DNA of 60,000 nucleotides, from NCBI GenBank assembly GCA_030390025.1, contig CM059433.1, positions 8,992,001-9,052,000 of the forward strand, in the 5' to 3' direction. The position numbers and the translations under genes were made by a program. Below are positions 58,697 to 60,000 of the stretch, one piece after another. The notes under the pieces were generated by a model, which searched no databases, was not told the DNA's origin, and saw only the letters and a list, made by a program, of their open reading frames with translations. The DNA is from Squalus acanthias. Lineage: Eukaryota. Position 1 is the first letter of the stretch. Each line of letters starts with the position of its first letter.

Positions 58697-59519
58697 GGCT
58701 GGAATTTTCCCCTAAAAAAACCAGGTGGGTTTTAAGCGTGGGGGCAGTTAAAGTGTTAAAAATGGGATTCCCGACCTGATCCCGCCTCCAACCTACCCAC
58801 TTCTGGTTTTGCCGGAGGCGGGACGGGGGGGCAGGCGACCAACCCGCTCCCAGGGGGCGTTACCTCAATTTAAATATTGTAATGAGGCTAGCAGCCTCTT
58901 TTCCCCCAGTCCATTTTGTGTTTAACTGCCTGTGGACGGGTTTCACACAATTCGTGAAACCCGGCAGTTAAACAGAGGCGGGGACTGCTGCATCCAGGAG
59001 GTAAGTGGCTTTATACCCACCTCCTGGATCCAGGGACCCTACCATACCCACCCCCTGTGACCGGAGACCCTCTGACGAGGTCTGCGATCACACCTCCAGG
59101 CCTCTTCCCCCTTCCCCCCCCCAAACGATGATGATGAGGAAGCCAGCCGTGATCCTCCAGTGGCCGGCCATGATCCTCTCTCCCACCCCCGCCCCCACCC
59201 CTACCCCTGATCCCCAACCCCTGTCGATGCTCTCCCACCCCGATCCCTGACCCGTGCCGATGCTCTCCCCCACCCACGATCCCCGGCTGATTCTCTCTTC
59301 CCTGCCTTTGGACCGGCCCCTCGCTTCTGAGGTCTACCCGCCCGCAGCCAGCCAGCCTTTCAATCTGGCTGGCTGTGGGCGGGAATCAGAGGCCACGAAT
59401 TCAAATCAGGCCCTGCCGTTAAAGTCGGCAGGGCCTGTAGGAAATCTGGCCTCCCGGGTTTCCCGCCCGCCTCGGAGGCCCCCCACCCCTAACCCGCCAG
59501 CCTTGAGAAAATTCCAGCC
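58697..59519. mobile_element. Non-autonomous DNA transposon (MITE; possibly PIF/Harbinger-like)
   Basis: 13-bp TIR GGCTGGAATTTTC / GAAAATTCCAGCC, flanking CAT on both sides (candidate 3-bp target-site duplication), GC-rich non-coding interior. Confidence 0.7.
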
Positions 59520-60000
59520 CATGTTTACGAGAAACCCAATGCAAATGTATTTTTTAAAAAGCTGACTTACTAACTTTGCTTTTATAACCTCTAGAGTTCA
59601 ATTATTTTTTCCATATAATGCCCATTATATATACATCCTATTTAAAAAAAAAGATTTTGAACACACCATCACCACACTCTAAACACATACTAAATCTATA
59701 TATAAAAATATTGATTGTGTAAATGTGGGAAAATGATTGAAAGCCTATAAAAGCAGGCACGCAGCAGACACAGAGGTCTTCTAACTTGAAAATAAAACCA
59801 GCTGATGGAAAAATACAAAACATCCTATTACAAGTGTGATTGTGGTTATAAGTTTAAAAAAAAAATTAAATGCGTTGCAAATTGCCAGGCAAGAATCCCA
59901 GCTTTTGCATTACTTGGATTGAAGTTCTAATAAGCCCCAACATGAGTCCATCCACAAGTGAAGAGATCTGCCCACTGTTTGGCTGGGTACAAGGTGGCAA

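Noticed and set aside
59563..59595. Possible KIDINS220 exon (EVIK-like codons before GTAAGT on the minus strand)
   Set aside because: No pyrimidine tract at a plausible acceptor, and the similarity is too short.

Overview
Vertebrate genomic DNA, almost certainly from a cartilaginous fish (shark), judged by SacSINE1-like DeuSINEs and shark-type CR1 and Penelope repeats. Host genes are ID2 (+, 3 exons, ATG at 22764), with a BMP/Smad-CRE enhancer about 3.1 kb upstream, and the last four clearly identifiable coding exons of KIDINS220/ARMS (-), convergent as in mammals. The standout is at 1-15.6 kb. Two near-identical, ORF-intact ~7.17 kb Tx1-clade non-LTR retrotransposons sit head-to-tail, and both 3' ends join at exactly the same nucleotide to CAACACCAGGTTATAGTCCAACAG. 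That sequence is the antisense of the 3' end of a Penelope-like element, about 36 nt past its minimal hammerhead ribozyme (a 5'-truncated RT-GIY-YIG Penelope follows at 13947-15617). An empty copy of the same target lies at 52645-52735, and the inter-copy junction carries a target copy with a partly inverted hammerhead. I infer a young Tx1 family that site-specifically targets Penelope hammerhead ends and regenerates its own target. The rest is typical shark repeat content (CR1, L2, SINEs, MITEs, further hammerheads), plus several local rearrangements and candidate KIDINS220 microexons. All family names come from motif recognition, not database searches.
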